57,672 nt of DNA, filler included, from Sphacelaria rigidula (GCA_964200075.2; 9 parts of 9 records of this genome joined end to end with filler, not necessarily neighbours in it); one strand, 5' to 3'; numbered from the whole stretch's first letter, positions 9,960-22,981 are shown. Numbers and translations: made by a program. The notes: generated from the sequence alone by a model not told the origin.

Positions 9960-12618
9960 AAATTTATCGTCAAACCGTAGATACTACTCCTATTATTCAG
10001 GTATGCCAAGACTGTCAAGATTCATTCGTGGTGCCTCTCATATATATCATGTGACTAGCGGGCCAGAGGTCGCGTTACCTTGGCTATGTCGGACCTAGTC
10101 ACACCTACCAACCTCATTGACCCTCCTAATGCACTTCGATACGGGCGATCTTCTACCGAGTCTTCCTTCTCCACCGGTTCCAAGTGTGCAGACGTTGAGG
10201 CGGGGATATCTGAGGAATCCGTAACCTCGAACTGCTGCATGAGGGTGTCAATGGAAGTTGTTGGGTTTGTGTGCCTTGTACTCTTTTCCCAGTCCCTCTC
10301 TATGGTAAACTCCACGTACCATCCCCAAGGTTGTTTGTAGAAATATAATTGTCGAGTATGTTGCGCACACTCTGCACTATTTCTGATTCTTCTCCTATCA
10401 CAAAGTCATCTACCTGCAGAGTATAACATCTCCACGCCCCCTTTCCTCTTTCTTTGATACGAAAATGCCATCTTCGCCTGTACTACTCCTGCGCCCGCCA
10501 TTTGAGTTTTCCTAAGGGGAAAGGACCAGTGCCTTCCTGCCCGTTTGATACCACAAATCGGTCCATGAAGTCTTACTGCACCTCCCGTGAGGGCGTCATA
10601 CTCTTTTGGGAGCTTCATTAACACAGCCGTGTCCGTCTTTGCTCGTACAAAAGACTGGGTGACATCAAAGGGATATAGTGGCCATGCCTCCTACACTGCA
10701 GTGACCATGACCAATTTTGTCAACGTCATGTCTGGAGTGACTGCAAACGTCTCGAAATAGTCTACATAAACTTTCTGTCCAAAATCACGTGCAACAAGTC
10801 TCGCCTTCACTTTCGTGCCTAATCAATATGCGTCAATTATCCTACTAGGCACCCACGTTGCTGTTGTGACGTCAACTCCTCCTGGAGTTTCGTCACTCGA
10901 CAACGTACCGGCGTTTTTTATGTCTATTTGATCCAGCACACAAAACACTTGACCACATTTTTCTGTGCTCCGACTTCGCCACATCATCTACCTTCATGGG
11001 GAGGAGTTTCGATATTGCTTCCATGCAGGCCAATGGGGGACCTGAACCAAAGCTGAACTCTCCTTCTACGTTCTCTCCTTCCAAACGAAAACAAATCGTT
11101 CTATGCTAACGTCTCCTCGATCATCACGTTTGCGCTGCCTCCCGCCTCAGGTCCGGCAGTTGCAGTGATCAGGTCGGTCGTCTCGAATTTATCCTCCGCC
11201 ATTCCAGACAATAATATTTCGGCTTTCATTCCTGACAATAGGTGTTCCTCTGCTCACGCCTGCAGGAGTTTTTCTACCTTGCCTATCGCGGCTTGCAAAT
11301 CTTCCCGATCAACTGCCGCTCCTGTCGCCATGCGCGTGCGACCTCTATTTGAGGAGGCAGAGACAACTTATTGTTGAGGGCAAGACCTCCGCCCTTGGAA
11401 GTTCACGAGCTTCACCGCCGCCCCGGCGTTGTGCTCGGGGGTGCCGACTGTTGTCGGCTGCAAGGATGACGGGGTAGTTGGTGTGGAGGGCGCAGGGGAG
11501 TGCGGTGTCAGCGGCGCCGGTGACTGTTATGTCGGTGTTGCTGGCCTCGCTAGCGGTGTTGTTGTAGGTAACGCAGTTGGTGTTGTTGTAGGTAACGCAG
11601 TTGGTGTTGTTGGTGCTTCCTGTGCAGCTGCTGATAGTGTAGGCGGAGATGTTGTCGGCACCACCGACAGCGGCGGTGTGGGCGGCGCTGAGCCCCGATA
11701 GTAGATGGGATCTTTGACGGAATAGTACAAAATCGTCCCTCTTTCTCCGCCCCCGGAAGGAGACGGTGAAATCATCCCGTCCCCCCAGCTATCAGGTGCT
11801 CTGTTTCGAACGGGATGCGTGGTCAATGGTAAAACGACGAAGGCAAGCAACAAATGAGTACCTCCCCCCCCCCCCCCCCCACCCCCGCCCTCGGCGGCGG
11901 CCGCCCACGCGCCGCCCCTCCCCCCCCTCACCCGAGGGGTGGGTGGGAGGNNNNNNNNNNAAATCGTGCAACAAATGAGTTCCCCCCCCCCCCCCCCACC
12001 CACCCCCCATTATCAGCGGGGTGTCACGGTGTGGTGTCGTCTCCACCCTCTTCCGAGTTGGGTAGCGAGAACGACACATGACGGGGACCGCGGGATGAGG
12101 CGCTCGCAGCTGGTGTTTGCTTCACAGGCTCGCGATTGACCGGTCCTCCTTCGACGTGGTCATCTCTCGCTGCGCCGAGCGTCGGGACCGCGTGTGCTCT
12201 GGTGTGTGTCGATCTTGGGATGGGCCGTCGGAGTCCTTTCCCCTTCGAGCATCCATGGCAGGGTCTCATTTTACCCCGCAGCTGCACTCCGAACTGCTTT
12301 GCAGTCTCGCGCAGGAGGTCCTCGTGGGCGCGAGCGTGAGAACGGTGGAAATCGCTGTTATCAACGATTCGGGTGTTAGGTGGTGCCCCCGGGGCAATCA
12401 CAGCGTATGCCAACGCATCCTTGTCATGAAATACTGGACCTAGTCGATGGGCGCACGTACCAGGTATGTTCAGGGTATTTATTGCCTGACTTGAACTCAA
12501 CTCCAAAGCCGCCACATGTTCCATGTAGGTGTGGCCAGAAGCAGAGGTCCTATTATAGTCAGTGAGAAAAGGTGGTGACGAACACATGGTACATGGTCTA
12601 CATTTTCTTATGTAACAG
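9960..12618 (-). mobile_element. Second Ty1/Copia retrotransposon, internally deleted and decayed
   Basis: GAG-pre-integrase FHRSHARAHEDLLRETAKQFGVQLRGKMRPCHGCSKGKG at ~12200-12350, a Pro/Thr-rich spacer, then RT motifs KARLVARDFGQ..VDYFETFA, FDVTQSF, GIKRAGRHW, QVDD and PYRSALG..TRSDIA at ~10060-10900. Confidence 0.88.
11795..11861 (+). repeat. ~65-bp dispersed repeat; other copies at 38561-38620, 46393-46459, 52373-52439, 57613-57672 (+) and 54990-55052, 55070-55136 (-)
   Basis: Consensus GGTGCTCCGTCTCGAAAGGGATGCGTGGTCAATGGTCAAACGACTAAGGCAAGCAACAAATGAGTAC, usually next to a poly-C run. Confidence 0.9.
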
Positions 12619-13224
12619 ACACTTTCTGCGATAGCCCCCCCCCCGAAACCAGCTAAAAAAAATGTCACGAAAAAAATGGCCATACAGCGGCTGATCATTG
12701 GGTTCAGGCTGCATGAAGCGCCTCATATTGGCTACATTGGNNNNNNNNNNNNNNNNNNNNNNNNNNNNNNNNNNNNNNNNNNNNTTAATTAATTAANNNN
12801 NNNNNNNNNNNNNNNNNNNNNNNNNNNNNNNNNNNNNNNNCCCAGTACCAATGTACCGCGCAGATATCGGAACGGCTTTTAATGTGAAGACAACAACAGC
12901 AACAAGTGCACTCGTCTCGATGAGTGATGACTCGTCCGACGTATGTAGTTTTTCTCCGCGTGCCACTAATTACAAGTTTGAGATGAAGCCTTCTAAGAAC
13001 AGAAATGTGCCGGAGCTATCAGATCGAGAAAAAAAATCGACCGCACTTCAGACTACAAAATAATAGGTTCATTTGAATCGATCCAAACACGAAAATCAGG
13101 AGGAAGCTGGGTATATATTACTTGTGAAACGTACCTGCTCGGACAACTTCTGGCCTTTGCGTAAGTTGGGACCAGCTGCTGCACCGTGGGGAGTGCATCG
13201 CGTCCCGTATTTATCGGGTATGCC

Positions 13225-13505
13225 CCCGGCACTCACCGGGGTATCCCGTACCGTGGTATGCGTGGGTATCGTGGGTTTGAGTTTTGAAAATGCCCGATTG
13301 AGCGGATACCTTTGTATCGTAGGTATGAGTTTTGAAAATACCTGATCGAGCGGGTACGGTAGGTACTGTCTTGACATCTCGAAATACCGTGGTATCGTGG
13401 GTATCGTAGGTATGACGTTTGAAAATTCCCGATCGGACCGGTGTGGGAAGGGTATGAGATGCCCCGAATACCGGTACCGGGTACCTACCTTACCTACGGT
13501 ATGGT
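13225..13505. repeat. GGTATCGT(A/G)GGT-rich internally repetitive element
   Basis: Repeated GGTATCGTRGGTWTGA..TTTGAAAAT units. Confidence 0.6.
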
Positions 13506-13739
13506 GCATGTGGAAACCAGCCTGTACAGCAACCGGATGACTGACTGGTTGTCTAGTCTGGGGTAAGTACACTTCACTCCCCGTAATATGTAACGAAGGA
13601 AGTAACGGGGAAAAACGCAAAAAGTGGCGTGTGCGAAACGCAAAAAGTGAATTACCATGAAAAAAAACTCACCTGTCATCCTATTCACGTTTCACCAGGG
13701 GGGTGTGGGGGATATGCACGGGGAGTCACCAGGAGCGCA

Positions 13740-14560
13740 GGCGGTCTCGAACAGCTCACGGTGTAGCAAGGTAGTTGCAAGTACTCTCCGGTCCGTGCTA
13801 CACTGACTGTACTGTGCGCCAAAAGGAAGATACAGCTTTCATGCGAACACGAACGACGCCACACTTGGGGGAACACGGAGAAGCGTCGTGCCCATCTTAC
13901 GTAGGTATCGATCCACACCTAGACAACACACGCTTGAGATGTGAAATTCTAGACGATCGATGACGTTACTCTCTTCCCATTTTCGATTATCGACCTGGCA
14001 CGGCGACAGCGAAGGGCAGGAGCTCCCGGCATGCCCCGACTGTCACAAATTTCGATTTCTATACATTAGTTTCGCCTCTTTGATTTGTGGTGTCCCGTTG
14101 ATGGAAGATGTACGCATACTCATACGCAGAGAGATGCCTCTATATACTTGAATTACGCGGTAAATGCCATCGCTGTGGCCAACAAGAGCTTGAGCTGTAC
14201 GGCACTCACTGGGAGGTGCGACTGAGCATCTTGTCATCGTCTGCGAACCTCTACTTTGCCATTATCCAAGATGACGTCACGTAATGAAGTTGCGGTTAGA
14301 TACAGCGTACTTCGCAGTATGGACTTCACCTCTCGGAACAGCTGGGGAGGTTGCACCGTACTGAACAGATGGGCTGGTTTTGTCTACATTCCTTGGGTTA
14401 CTACAGCAACTGACAGCAGTGTACTCCCGAGTGGTGTTGTGTGTATCATTTCAGGGACACCTCTTCGGGTGAAGTAACGATGCTGATGGTCAATCAGGCG
14501 TAACGTCTGTCGACAGGACCAAACTCCTGACCTGTGTGAAACCCCTTCAAGATATTCCAA
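13740..14560 (-). pseudogene. Decayed Helitron-like RepHel inter-domain segment (tentative)
   Basis: Ordered motifs across frames: ILKGFHTGQEFG..LIDHQHRYF, then HLSAYEYAYIF, then KLYLP/WRTVQS. Confidence 0.4.
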
Positions 14561-16353
14561 GCTAATAAGAGATGAGCAATGAGCGATGATAGTATCAGAA
14601 TGGATACGAGCCTCCCGGTGATCGAGATGGACGTGGAACGGGAGCCGGCCTCAGCAGAGAGTGAGGTTGGTTGTGCTGGTGGTGTGTGCGGCGGTGTTGC
14701 ACCCTACTACGACGGGTTCAACATCCAGCAGCTTCAACATTTGAGGGCGAAAAACGCGCTGTGAGTTGTACTGTTGTACTGTTGTACTGATTGTGCCGGT
14801 AGAGGAGATACCACTCGATGCCTTTTGGTCGTCTAATTCGGTCTGTAATGGTTGATGATGTGAGCCTTCAACCTCCCACCACACGGACACACTGAATGCG
14901 AGTGGAGGGCTTTGACGCGCAATCACGGGCCGAGCGCCTTGCGCATGATATCACCATCGGTGACGAATTTTCCTGCCTATGCCGTCATGTACACTGGGAG
15001 TTTAGGGCTCTAGTGTGGTGGGGATCGTGCCCGGCGGGCATTTGTGCCGGTTGGCTGACTGCTGCAGACGCTTGTTTCCCGCAATGTGTTCTTTACGCGA
15101 AGCAATGGGTTTGCAGTAGCATCATCGGCGAATATCCAGCTTGTGTGATCAGAATTGTCTGTTCAGCCAACGGTGCATGCTTACCCACGTCCTGATCCCT
15201 TTGTCGAACGATTTTCCGGTGGAAGCGGGGAAGCAGCCCTCAACTCGATCCACAGTTGATTCATCTTTGCATGCAAATAGATGTGTGCGCATCATGTATT
15301 TTTCTCATGGTCGGGAGTGGACGCCGCTTTTGTTCTTGTAGTGAGCGCCGTTTCCCGGTGTGTAATAACGGCCAACCAACAGTCTACTCGGCTTTGCCAT
15401 CCAGCGTCCGTTTCACCGGTCCGTAACTTCTTGGCCTACCCTAGGCGGAGCCTTGTAAAGGCGTTGACTGATACGACAGACTGTACAGTGCAGAGTGGCG
15501 CCATTTTTCTATCGGATCGCTTGCGCAGTACCTTTTCGTCAGTAGAAGGCTGCTTGTTTTCAATCCCCTGGTCTGCCCAGCAAATGTGTTCCGTGTGGCG
15601 AATCGGCATTCGCCTAAAACGAGCGAGCGTGAAGTTCACTTTTTTCATCCACAGGAATAAAAGGGTCAGAGTTTCGCTAACCTTCCAAGAACACACAGAG
15701 GAGTGCAGAGTTGGGAGATATATATCCTTCATCTTTCCCCCTCGTGGAATCGGTTGTGTTTACACAGGCAGTGCCAAGGGTGCCCAAAAACAACAATCGC
15801 AGATCCTATGCCTCATTTTTTAATCCTGAAGTTTTTCCGGGGGTGGGGAGGTAACTAAATCTCATACATGAAAAAAAAACAATAAATATCTAAAAAGTAC
15901 ATGAAAAATAAAAATCCGTGTTCATGAAGCTTTAACTCTTCGCATACCTTCGGAACCAAGTAAGGCCAAGTTATATTTATGGGTTTCGGCAAGACATTGC
16001 ATATCACACTTTCACGACAAGAACAAGACCAGACAAATACCACAATGCTCTGCAATGCTTGCTCAATCAAGCTGAACTTATCTATCTGCACCGCCAATTT
16101 GCGTCCAATATGTGTCGCATCTTGAGGTGGCAGATACGGCCAACAATCACGGGCGCTACGTCACCCAAGTCGCCCCAAAATGGCTATTCATTGAGTGTTT
16201 AACGTGAAGAAAAAGTTCTACGACCGGGGAGGGGGGGTGGGGGGGGTACATGGGGTCTCGAATATTTTTCTTGGGCACCCGTGGCAGTACTGCAAGCTTG
16301 CGTTACAGTGAAGTAGTGACAACAGTACAGCCATGATACTCAAGTATAGGTTA

Positions 16354-17180
16354 CCACACCCTGGGCAATAGACGGAATCTATTGCAATAGCAATGCAACA
16401 AAATCTGCTTCAGTAGATGCCAATATTGTCGTCCGTAATGGCAATCGATCGGCAAGTTTCTCTTTCCATGGTCGTCGGCAATGTGTATCGACAGACCCGT
16501 ATCCCACACTTTTATCCGGGCAGCAGTCTGTCGTGGCCCTACACCGAAATCTATTGCGACCGACCAAATGTATCGATCGATGGTTTCCCAAATCTATTGA
16601 TGGCGGCAATGGCTATCGATTGACCACGTGCCAAATCTCTACTATCATCACCCCTGTGGTAGGGCCTACGTCACTACAACAGTGGCGAAATACAGAAGAC
16701 GACAGACCACGAAAACTCTGACCGGCTTCACGGGGTTGATTGAGAAAGACTACACGAACAATCTCAGTAGTACATGTGCATGGGATAGTCAACATCTATC
16801 GGCTTCACGTACACTCCCAGAGAGTACATAAAGGAGCATTCATGGCTGCCCGCTCCCTGCTGGAAGCCCTTCGGCACACGACAAAATCGTCGACGGCCTT
16901 GACGACTTCCGGTGGTGGCAGCTCACACTCTTTGCTGTGCATGTCAGATACGGCCTGAAGTTTGATGACCGCGACACAATCACCATCAACGTCGATGATG
17001 TGCGACTTGCTACTTGATCCCCGGTTGGCGCAGATGAACCGCCCCCGCTCGAGCCACCACTCGAGTCTGGATGTGATCCATCCTGACGGTCTGCAGTGCT
17101 GCTCATGTTTGGTGTTTCCACTCATGAGTACCTCGTATCCCGCCAGATACCGAACCACAGAACTTTTCAACATTGGATTA
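16354..17180 (-). mobile_element. Deleted DNA-transposon derivative with a CCACACCCTGG end and a short coding remnant
   Basis: Terminus matches the MITE family at 22657, with CTATTGC/GCAATAG-rich subterminal DNA. Decayed reading ELPPPEVVKAVDDFVVCRR..FMYSLGVYVKP. Confidence 0.4.
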
Positions 17181-17443
17181 TTGTTGGTGTGCAGTTTTGA
17201 ATGAAGGAGTTGGGTGGGTTGATCGATGGGAGGTACATGTTCAGGTCATGAGGTTGTGTTTGGATTCAACCTACATCCGTGCCTCCCCAAGGTATATACC
17301 TGTGCTCATACCTGCAATCGGGTATATATATATTACGGTATACTCTGCTAGCCTGTGACCACGGAAGGCGTCCGCATAAGATGCCCAGTACCAATGTACC
17401 GCGCAGATATCGGAACGGCTTTTAATGTGAAGACAACAACAAC

Positions 17444-17920
17444 CCTATCCCCGGGTAGGGGTATGGGAGGCTTACAGACCTCACAGACCTGTCGGGTACC
17501 GGTACTTGATGAGAGTCTCTCATAAATTACAGAACTTGTCGGGTACGGTATGGGAGGCTTATAGAAAACCTGTACCGGCAATCGGATATCCTTCAAGAGC
17601 ATACCCGCACTCCGGGTACGGGTAAACATTCTGTACAGAACTCGCAGACCTGTCGGGTAAGGGTATGGGAGGCTTACAAAACTCACAGAAAATGTCGGGT
17701 AGGGTATGGAGGTTGCACAGAAAACCGTACCCGCAACCGGGTATCTTATCAAGAGCGTATCCGTGCCCCCCGGTAACGGTTCGGGAGTTTTACAGAGATT
17801 ACAGAACTGTCGGGTACCGGTATGGAAGTCTCACAGAAGTCACACAACTGCCGGGTACGGTAAATACCCGGCAAAATACCCTGGGTATACAGAAACCCGA
17901 ACCCTAGAGAACACAACCTT
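17444..17920. repeat. Internally repetitive element (GGGTATGGGAGGCTTACAGAACTCACAGA-like units)
   Basis: Many diverged ~40-nt units containing TGTCGGGTA and ACAGAA. Confidence 0.75.
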
Positions 17921-18235
17921 GAAACCTTCGGATGACGACGATGGCTATTAACAGATTGTATACCAAATCTATTGATGACGGCATCCGCTATTGGTGGATT
18001 GCGTATAAAATCCATCTATGGCAATAAATATTGATAGATATCCTCTGTCGTCTATCGCTATGCCTTCATTGCAACATACTACGTATAGAACATATTATAC
18101 CCCGTTAAAGTACGGTGAAGAAGCGCGGGTGAAGATGCAATGGGTGTACAGTATGATGATACTACTTGTGAATATATGACGTCACGTTTCTACAATTTTG
18201 GAGCGCTTGTATTTTGTAGGAATCCGCAATATTGA

Positions 18236-18390
18236 TAGATTTGGTTTGATTGATTTGTCGCAATTTTACTGAACCCTCAGGGATTCAGCCGTGGCCACAT
18301 GATGGACGTACCCAAGACAAAACAGAACTGAAAGACTCGCTGAAGCAAAAGAAGGAACAGAAAGAAGTCGAACAAAGCGACATAGTAGAC
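18236..18390 (-). repeat. Retroposon-like 3' end with (AATC)n tail; other copies at ~29105-29240 (-), 30410-30480 (+), 42655-42800 (-), 43905-44020 (+)
   Basis: Shared plus-strand text CAGCCGTGGTCACATGATGGACGTACCCAAGACAAAACAGAACTGAAA..CTCGCTGAAG, on three contigs. Confidence 0.8.
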
Positions 18391-19953
18391 TAGGGGCGTG
18401 TCTTGGCACCTTTTTTTTTCCGACCGAAAAAGTGCGGTCGATTGTTTTTGCCGATGTGATGGGTCCACCGCATTTTTGATCCCAGAAGGCTTCGACTCAA
18501 AATTATTATTAGCGACGTGCGGAGAAGAACTGCTCGAGGCAATAAACAATCATGTTCGATCGAAAACATACGGTCGAAAGGCACGAAGCGGTACTTGACT
18601 CCTATCTCACAGACCACCACGCCAGATAACACCTGTTCATGGGACCATGCAAACTCCATACAGCTCATTCTCAGCTATCACCTAGGCCTTTTCTTCTTAT
18701 GCGTTTTTTTTTTTTTTATGCGCGTTTTTCCATCTTGTTTTATGTTCAAAAGTGAACATTATGCGCCGATTTATGCGCATTTTGGTGAAATATGCGCGAC
18801 TTATACGCCTTCTTGGCGTCCTTCTTGAGGCGGTTCCTGGCGGGTTCCTGGCGACACCACCCATGGAACGTACCTTCCAGCAAGCAAACAAGACGGCACG
18901 TTGGACACGTCGAGATTTCATTTTTTCCGTGAATTATTTTCACATAAACATAAAGTAGCTCACATACAGCACCGTAACCGCTATCAGACCCGCAACAATT
19001 AAAAAAAAAAAAGTACGAACACAAACGCCACGACTATACGAACCACGCCACATGAAGCACCCGTGGGCAGGTAATAGCTGCTGGACATGGAGGGTGTACT
19101 CATGATCATGCATGCCATAGTCATCAGACCATTGACCTCGCATCCCTACAATGCCGGGACNNNNNNNNNNNNNNNNNNNNNNNNNNNNNNNNNNNNNNNN
19201 NNNNTTAATTAATTAANNNNNNNNNNNNNNNNNNNNNNNNNNNNNNNNNNNNNNNNNNNNAGCGGCGGGGCCGTGCATCACTAGGTTGGTCTGCAGTTCA
19301 CAGCGATATGCTCAAGTCGAGCTGATTTGGTGAACTTGACGAGTTATGGTTGGAGATTTCAAATGCGCCCCTCTTTGCTGGCCCAGCCTGTATCTGAAAA
19401 AAAATCCCTTATATAATAAGACCCCTCTGCACCCGAAGTGATACGAAACAAAAGTGCCAGAAGTCGAACACCCCTACTTGTCATACGCTCACTCTTCACG
19501 TGCACGGGACGGGCAGGCGATTGGCTCCCTTCTTCATTCGTCGCAAGCTGAAACGACACTATCACTGTCCTCGTTGAAACAGTTGAAACCGCATGCAATG
19601 ACTCTTTCCTACAGTCCTTTGCACCTTGTTTCGACGAACCAGACGAGCATGTTCGATATACACTGCTTCTATGAAGCATGAACTCACAGCCGTTGAATTG
19701 GATTTTTTCACTACGGTACGCCAACCCATCGATCGGGTGTTTTTTGGCATTTTCCTTCAGCCGCACGCAAAAAACCACGTACTGTGGAGCGTGTTAAGCT
19801 CACATACTCTTCGCTGACTTTTCCTTCATTTAACTAAGAAGAGGGAAGGAAAACGAACTCCCCGAGCGCACTTCTGCTTCAAAGCGTTCCTTGAGACTTT
19901 TTAAGTATTCCCGAAGCAGAAAAGTCTTGAGTACACACTTCGTATCCTGTCTT

Positions 19954-20253
19954 CTAGTGTGGAGCGATCTTGAGCCTCTGCGAGCGCTTTTCAATGGCAG
20001 AGAGCACCTCCAGCGCAGCGGCAGTTATCCTCGTTCCAGGCCCAAAAATACCTTCCACACCCGCCTCTCTGAGAAAATCGTAATCCTGCGGCGGAATGAC
20101 ACCGCCGCAGACCACCACCACATCTCCCGCGCCCATCTGTTTGAGCGTGCTGATGAGATGTGGAATCAGCGTTTTGTGGCCAGCCGCTTGCGAACTGACA
20201 CCAATTACGTGTACGTCTGCATCCACCGCCTGCTGAGCAACCTCCTCTGGTGT
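19954..20253 (-). CDS. MMUT: Methylmalonyl-CoA mutase, last exon (B12-binding domain)
   Basis: [29 protein letters not shown]...[13 protein letters not shown]...IFGPGT. CAG acceptor, TAG stop, phase 0. Confidence 0.97.
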   Translation of the reverse strand, partial: TPEEVAQQAVDADVHVIGVSSQAAGHKTLIPHLISTLKQMGAGDVVVVCGGVIPPQDYDFLREAGVEGIFGPGTRITAAALEVLSAIEKRSQRLKIAPH

Positions 20254-21389
20254 CTGTTTCATTTATTCGTACAAGCCAGGAACGCGGTCCGGTGGTTAAA
20301 CAGGAATGAGGGAGAAGAACAAAAACACAAAAAAACGGGATACAACAAAGTGTTTTCCCGCTGCAGGACGTAAATGTAGACTTGAGGGTCGAGACAATTT
20401 TGACACCTCTGGTTTCAGCTTTTCGCGACCGCACCTCGAAAAGTTGGAAGAGCCCAAACACCATGTATGCAAGATACGATGGAATATACAGCAGATGCAT
20501 CGAATTCTGCATCGTCAGTCAATACTCCATATATCGTAGCAGCAATGGAGATGGGCTATTTTATCATATATGGCACCATGAAGACGAGTATGCGTCGTCC
20601 ATGCACCACCCCTGAGTACCGGATTCGGCATGATGATCCACCTTCTGCGCGAAATTATACACGGCCTTCTCTGGACTTTTCCCGCGGAATACTGCAGCGG
20701 TATACGAAACAAATCCATACGCAGTAATTCCAAAAATTCCAGCACCTTACCGTACCACGGTATCGCAGAATCGTACTTCCATTGCCGTCGAACACCACCT
20801 TACTGTGCGTACTTGGTCAAAGGATGCCGTTCGACTATAACGGCTCATATCGATACTCCCACGGGTAGACGAACTCTTGCATTAAAATGAGGTTCAGGGC
20901 AGACAAATGAACATGGCTGTCTGAGTAGGGTGGAGGCTCGAGCCTCCTGCAAAAATGTCTCGCACAATTTGTGATGCTCGCTTGCTTGATCCGTTTTTTT
21001 TTGTATACCGTGCCTGATTTTGGTAACATGTTTTCTTCTTCTTTACTGCCCCTCTTGAGTCTGCATAGTGACTATCGGGGTCGCAATACATTCAGTGGTT
21101 AAAAATGTAAACGCGTGCATGGCTCACATATGCCAAGTGCAGCGTGCCAGCTATCGCGATTTTCCATGACAGGATACATGACTCCAATTCCCGCAGTTCC
21201 CGCGACGAGTTGTTTCACCGCGCGTAGGTACCTCAGTCGTCCGGCCTCGTACCGTCCGTACCGTACTTTCGGAAATCCACACACCGCATTAACGCAGGAT
21301 CCAAGATACCAAGATACCGTATAACAAACTTCCACATCGTGCGGACATCACTGTACAGGCACCAGTATTAATCACTGTGCATCGTCAAT

Positions 21390-21666
21390 GGAGTGATGCC
21401 GGCGGTAGCCCCCCCCCTCCCCCAGACAAGTGTGTATATATGTGGATCGAAGTAAAATCTACGTTTGAGGTGTTTATTCAGGCCTGATTTCTGAAACCAG
21501 CTGAATCTGCATTCTTCGAAATGGATTTGAAGATCTGGTTTTTGAAACCAGATATACTTGCATTTTCAAAAAAATCCGCATCCATCACCACGATTCATTG
21601 TATGGCCATTACTTTGTGACAGGTTCTTGGCCCCTTGAGGGGGGGATATCGCGGCATCGCTCAGTG
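21390..21666. mobile_element. MITE-like element in the MMUT intron; related ends at 6259, 12618 and 51143
   Basis: Inverted ends GAGTGATGCCGGCGGTAGCCCCCCC / GGGGGGGATATCGCGGCATCGCTCAG. Confidence 0.65.
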
Positions 21667-22311
21667 ATTCTGCGAAAGTCGAGTATCATTACACCGTATG
21701 ATCATGTTCCAAATACCTACTCTGAGAAAGCCCCGGAATGGACTCCTTCTGTGACACTACACACGCTATAGTTCATAGCTGATGAAGTTCCAGCTACCTT
21801 GAACTGCACATCCTTTTTTGCCGAAATCAACGCGTGTGTGTACTCTTGAGGCACACCAGGCACAACGTAGAAAAATTCATGCGAAACATCATGAGCAATG
21901 ATAGGGTATATTTATCTTTGCCAACGCTATAACAAACGTTTTCATGGCACACCGAACAACCAACCCCATGAACAAGTCTTCCATTCATAGGTTAAACGGG
22001 GATTCCAGATTGCGTCACACGGGAGTGAATGAAATCCTGCTCTCCCGCCTTGGTCTTTCTGTTCAGCATCTTGCGCGCAATATGGCACAGATCGACTCTA
22101 GATCGACCACTGACTCGTGTGAAGGAAGGGACAAAAAAAACGGTTCTGTTAACAAGCATGGCAATCCACTAGTCAGGAGTTGGGACCACGACATACACGG
22201 TATATTGTCATCGATCAGGAAGGAGCTTCTCAGCTATGGCGTCGGGGTTACCACTGCTGAAGATCTACCCGCAGTGTTTCTCAAGGCGGTCTCGCACCGA
22301 AAAAATTCAAT

Positions 22312-22644
22312 GGGCAGGTCGGGTGGGGTCTTTCGAGTAGTCGGGGGTATAATACCCGGGTATTTATTCTGCCCGAGTTTGGGGAAAATTCGGTACGATC
22401 CCAATACTCTACCCAATATTGGGTAATTTGGATATACTGCAACATGAATACCAATACCCCAAAAATGGGTAAGTTATCTCAGAAATACAAGGGTATGAAA
22501 TATCACTTGGGTATGATCTCGATACTCTACCCAAATATTAGGTAATATGGGTACGATCTCACTCCTCTACAATTTTTTTAGTACTGAAAGTACGACTTTT
22601 CATAATTCCCCGGAAAAGGGTATAATACCCTACCCGACCTGCCC
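22312..22644. mobile_element. MITE in the MMUT intron
   Basis: TIRs GGGCAGGTCGGGTGGGG / CCCTACCCGACCTGCCC with internal GGGTA/TACCC repeats. Confidence 0.8.
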
Positions 22645-22656
22645 TTCAAAATATTG

Positions 22657-22844
22657 CACACCCTGGACAACGGAGATGTATGGCCAATAGTTGCAATAGA
22701 TAAACAAAAAATGCACTGCGTAATGTATAGGCAGGCCTATTGCAACTATTGTCGACCGATAGACAAAAAACGTATTGCGTGAAGTATAGACCTATTGCAT
22801 CTATTGTCGACTATTGACTATGTATTCCCATTGTCCAGGATGTG
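22657..22844. mobile_element. MITE of the CACACCCTGGACA family; other copies at ~33617-33750 and 49494-49644
   Basis: TIRs CACACCCTGGACAA / TTGTCCAGGATGTG. Flanks AAATATTG and GAATATCG match 6/8, a possible decayed 8-bp TSD. Confidence 0.8.
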
Positions 22845-22879
22845 GAATATCGATATATGCCGAAGCTCGAAGTACATAC

Positions 22880-22981
22880 CTGGAAAAGCGGGCCCACGTC
22901 GACGTCATACCCCAGATCCGCAAAGCCGCTGGCGATCACCTTCCCTCCTCGGTCGTGACCATCCTGCCCCATCTTAGCCAC
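22880..22981 (-). CDS. MMUT: Methylmalonyl-CoA mutase exon with the cobalamin-ligand motif
   Basis: [34 protein letters not shown] (DxHxxG). CAG/GT boundaries, phase 0/0. Confidence 0.97.

Noticed and set aside
17444..17920. CRISPR-like repeat-spacer array
   Set aside because: Units are diverged and irregular with no unique spacers, there are no cas genes, and the context is eukaryotic.
19891..20373. 160-aa plus-strand ORF (also 42857-43303)
   Set aside because: Antisense shadows of real minus-strand exons.
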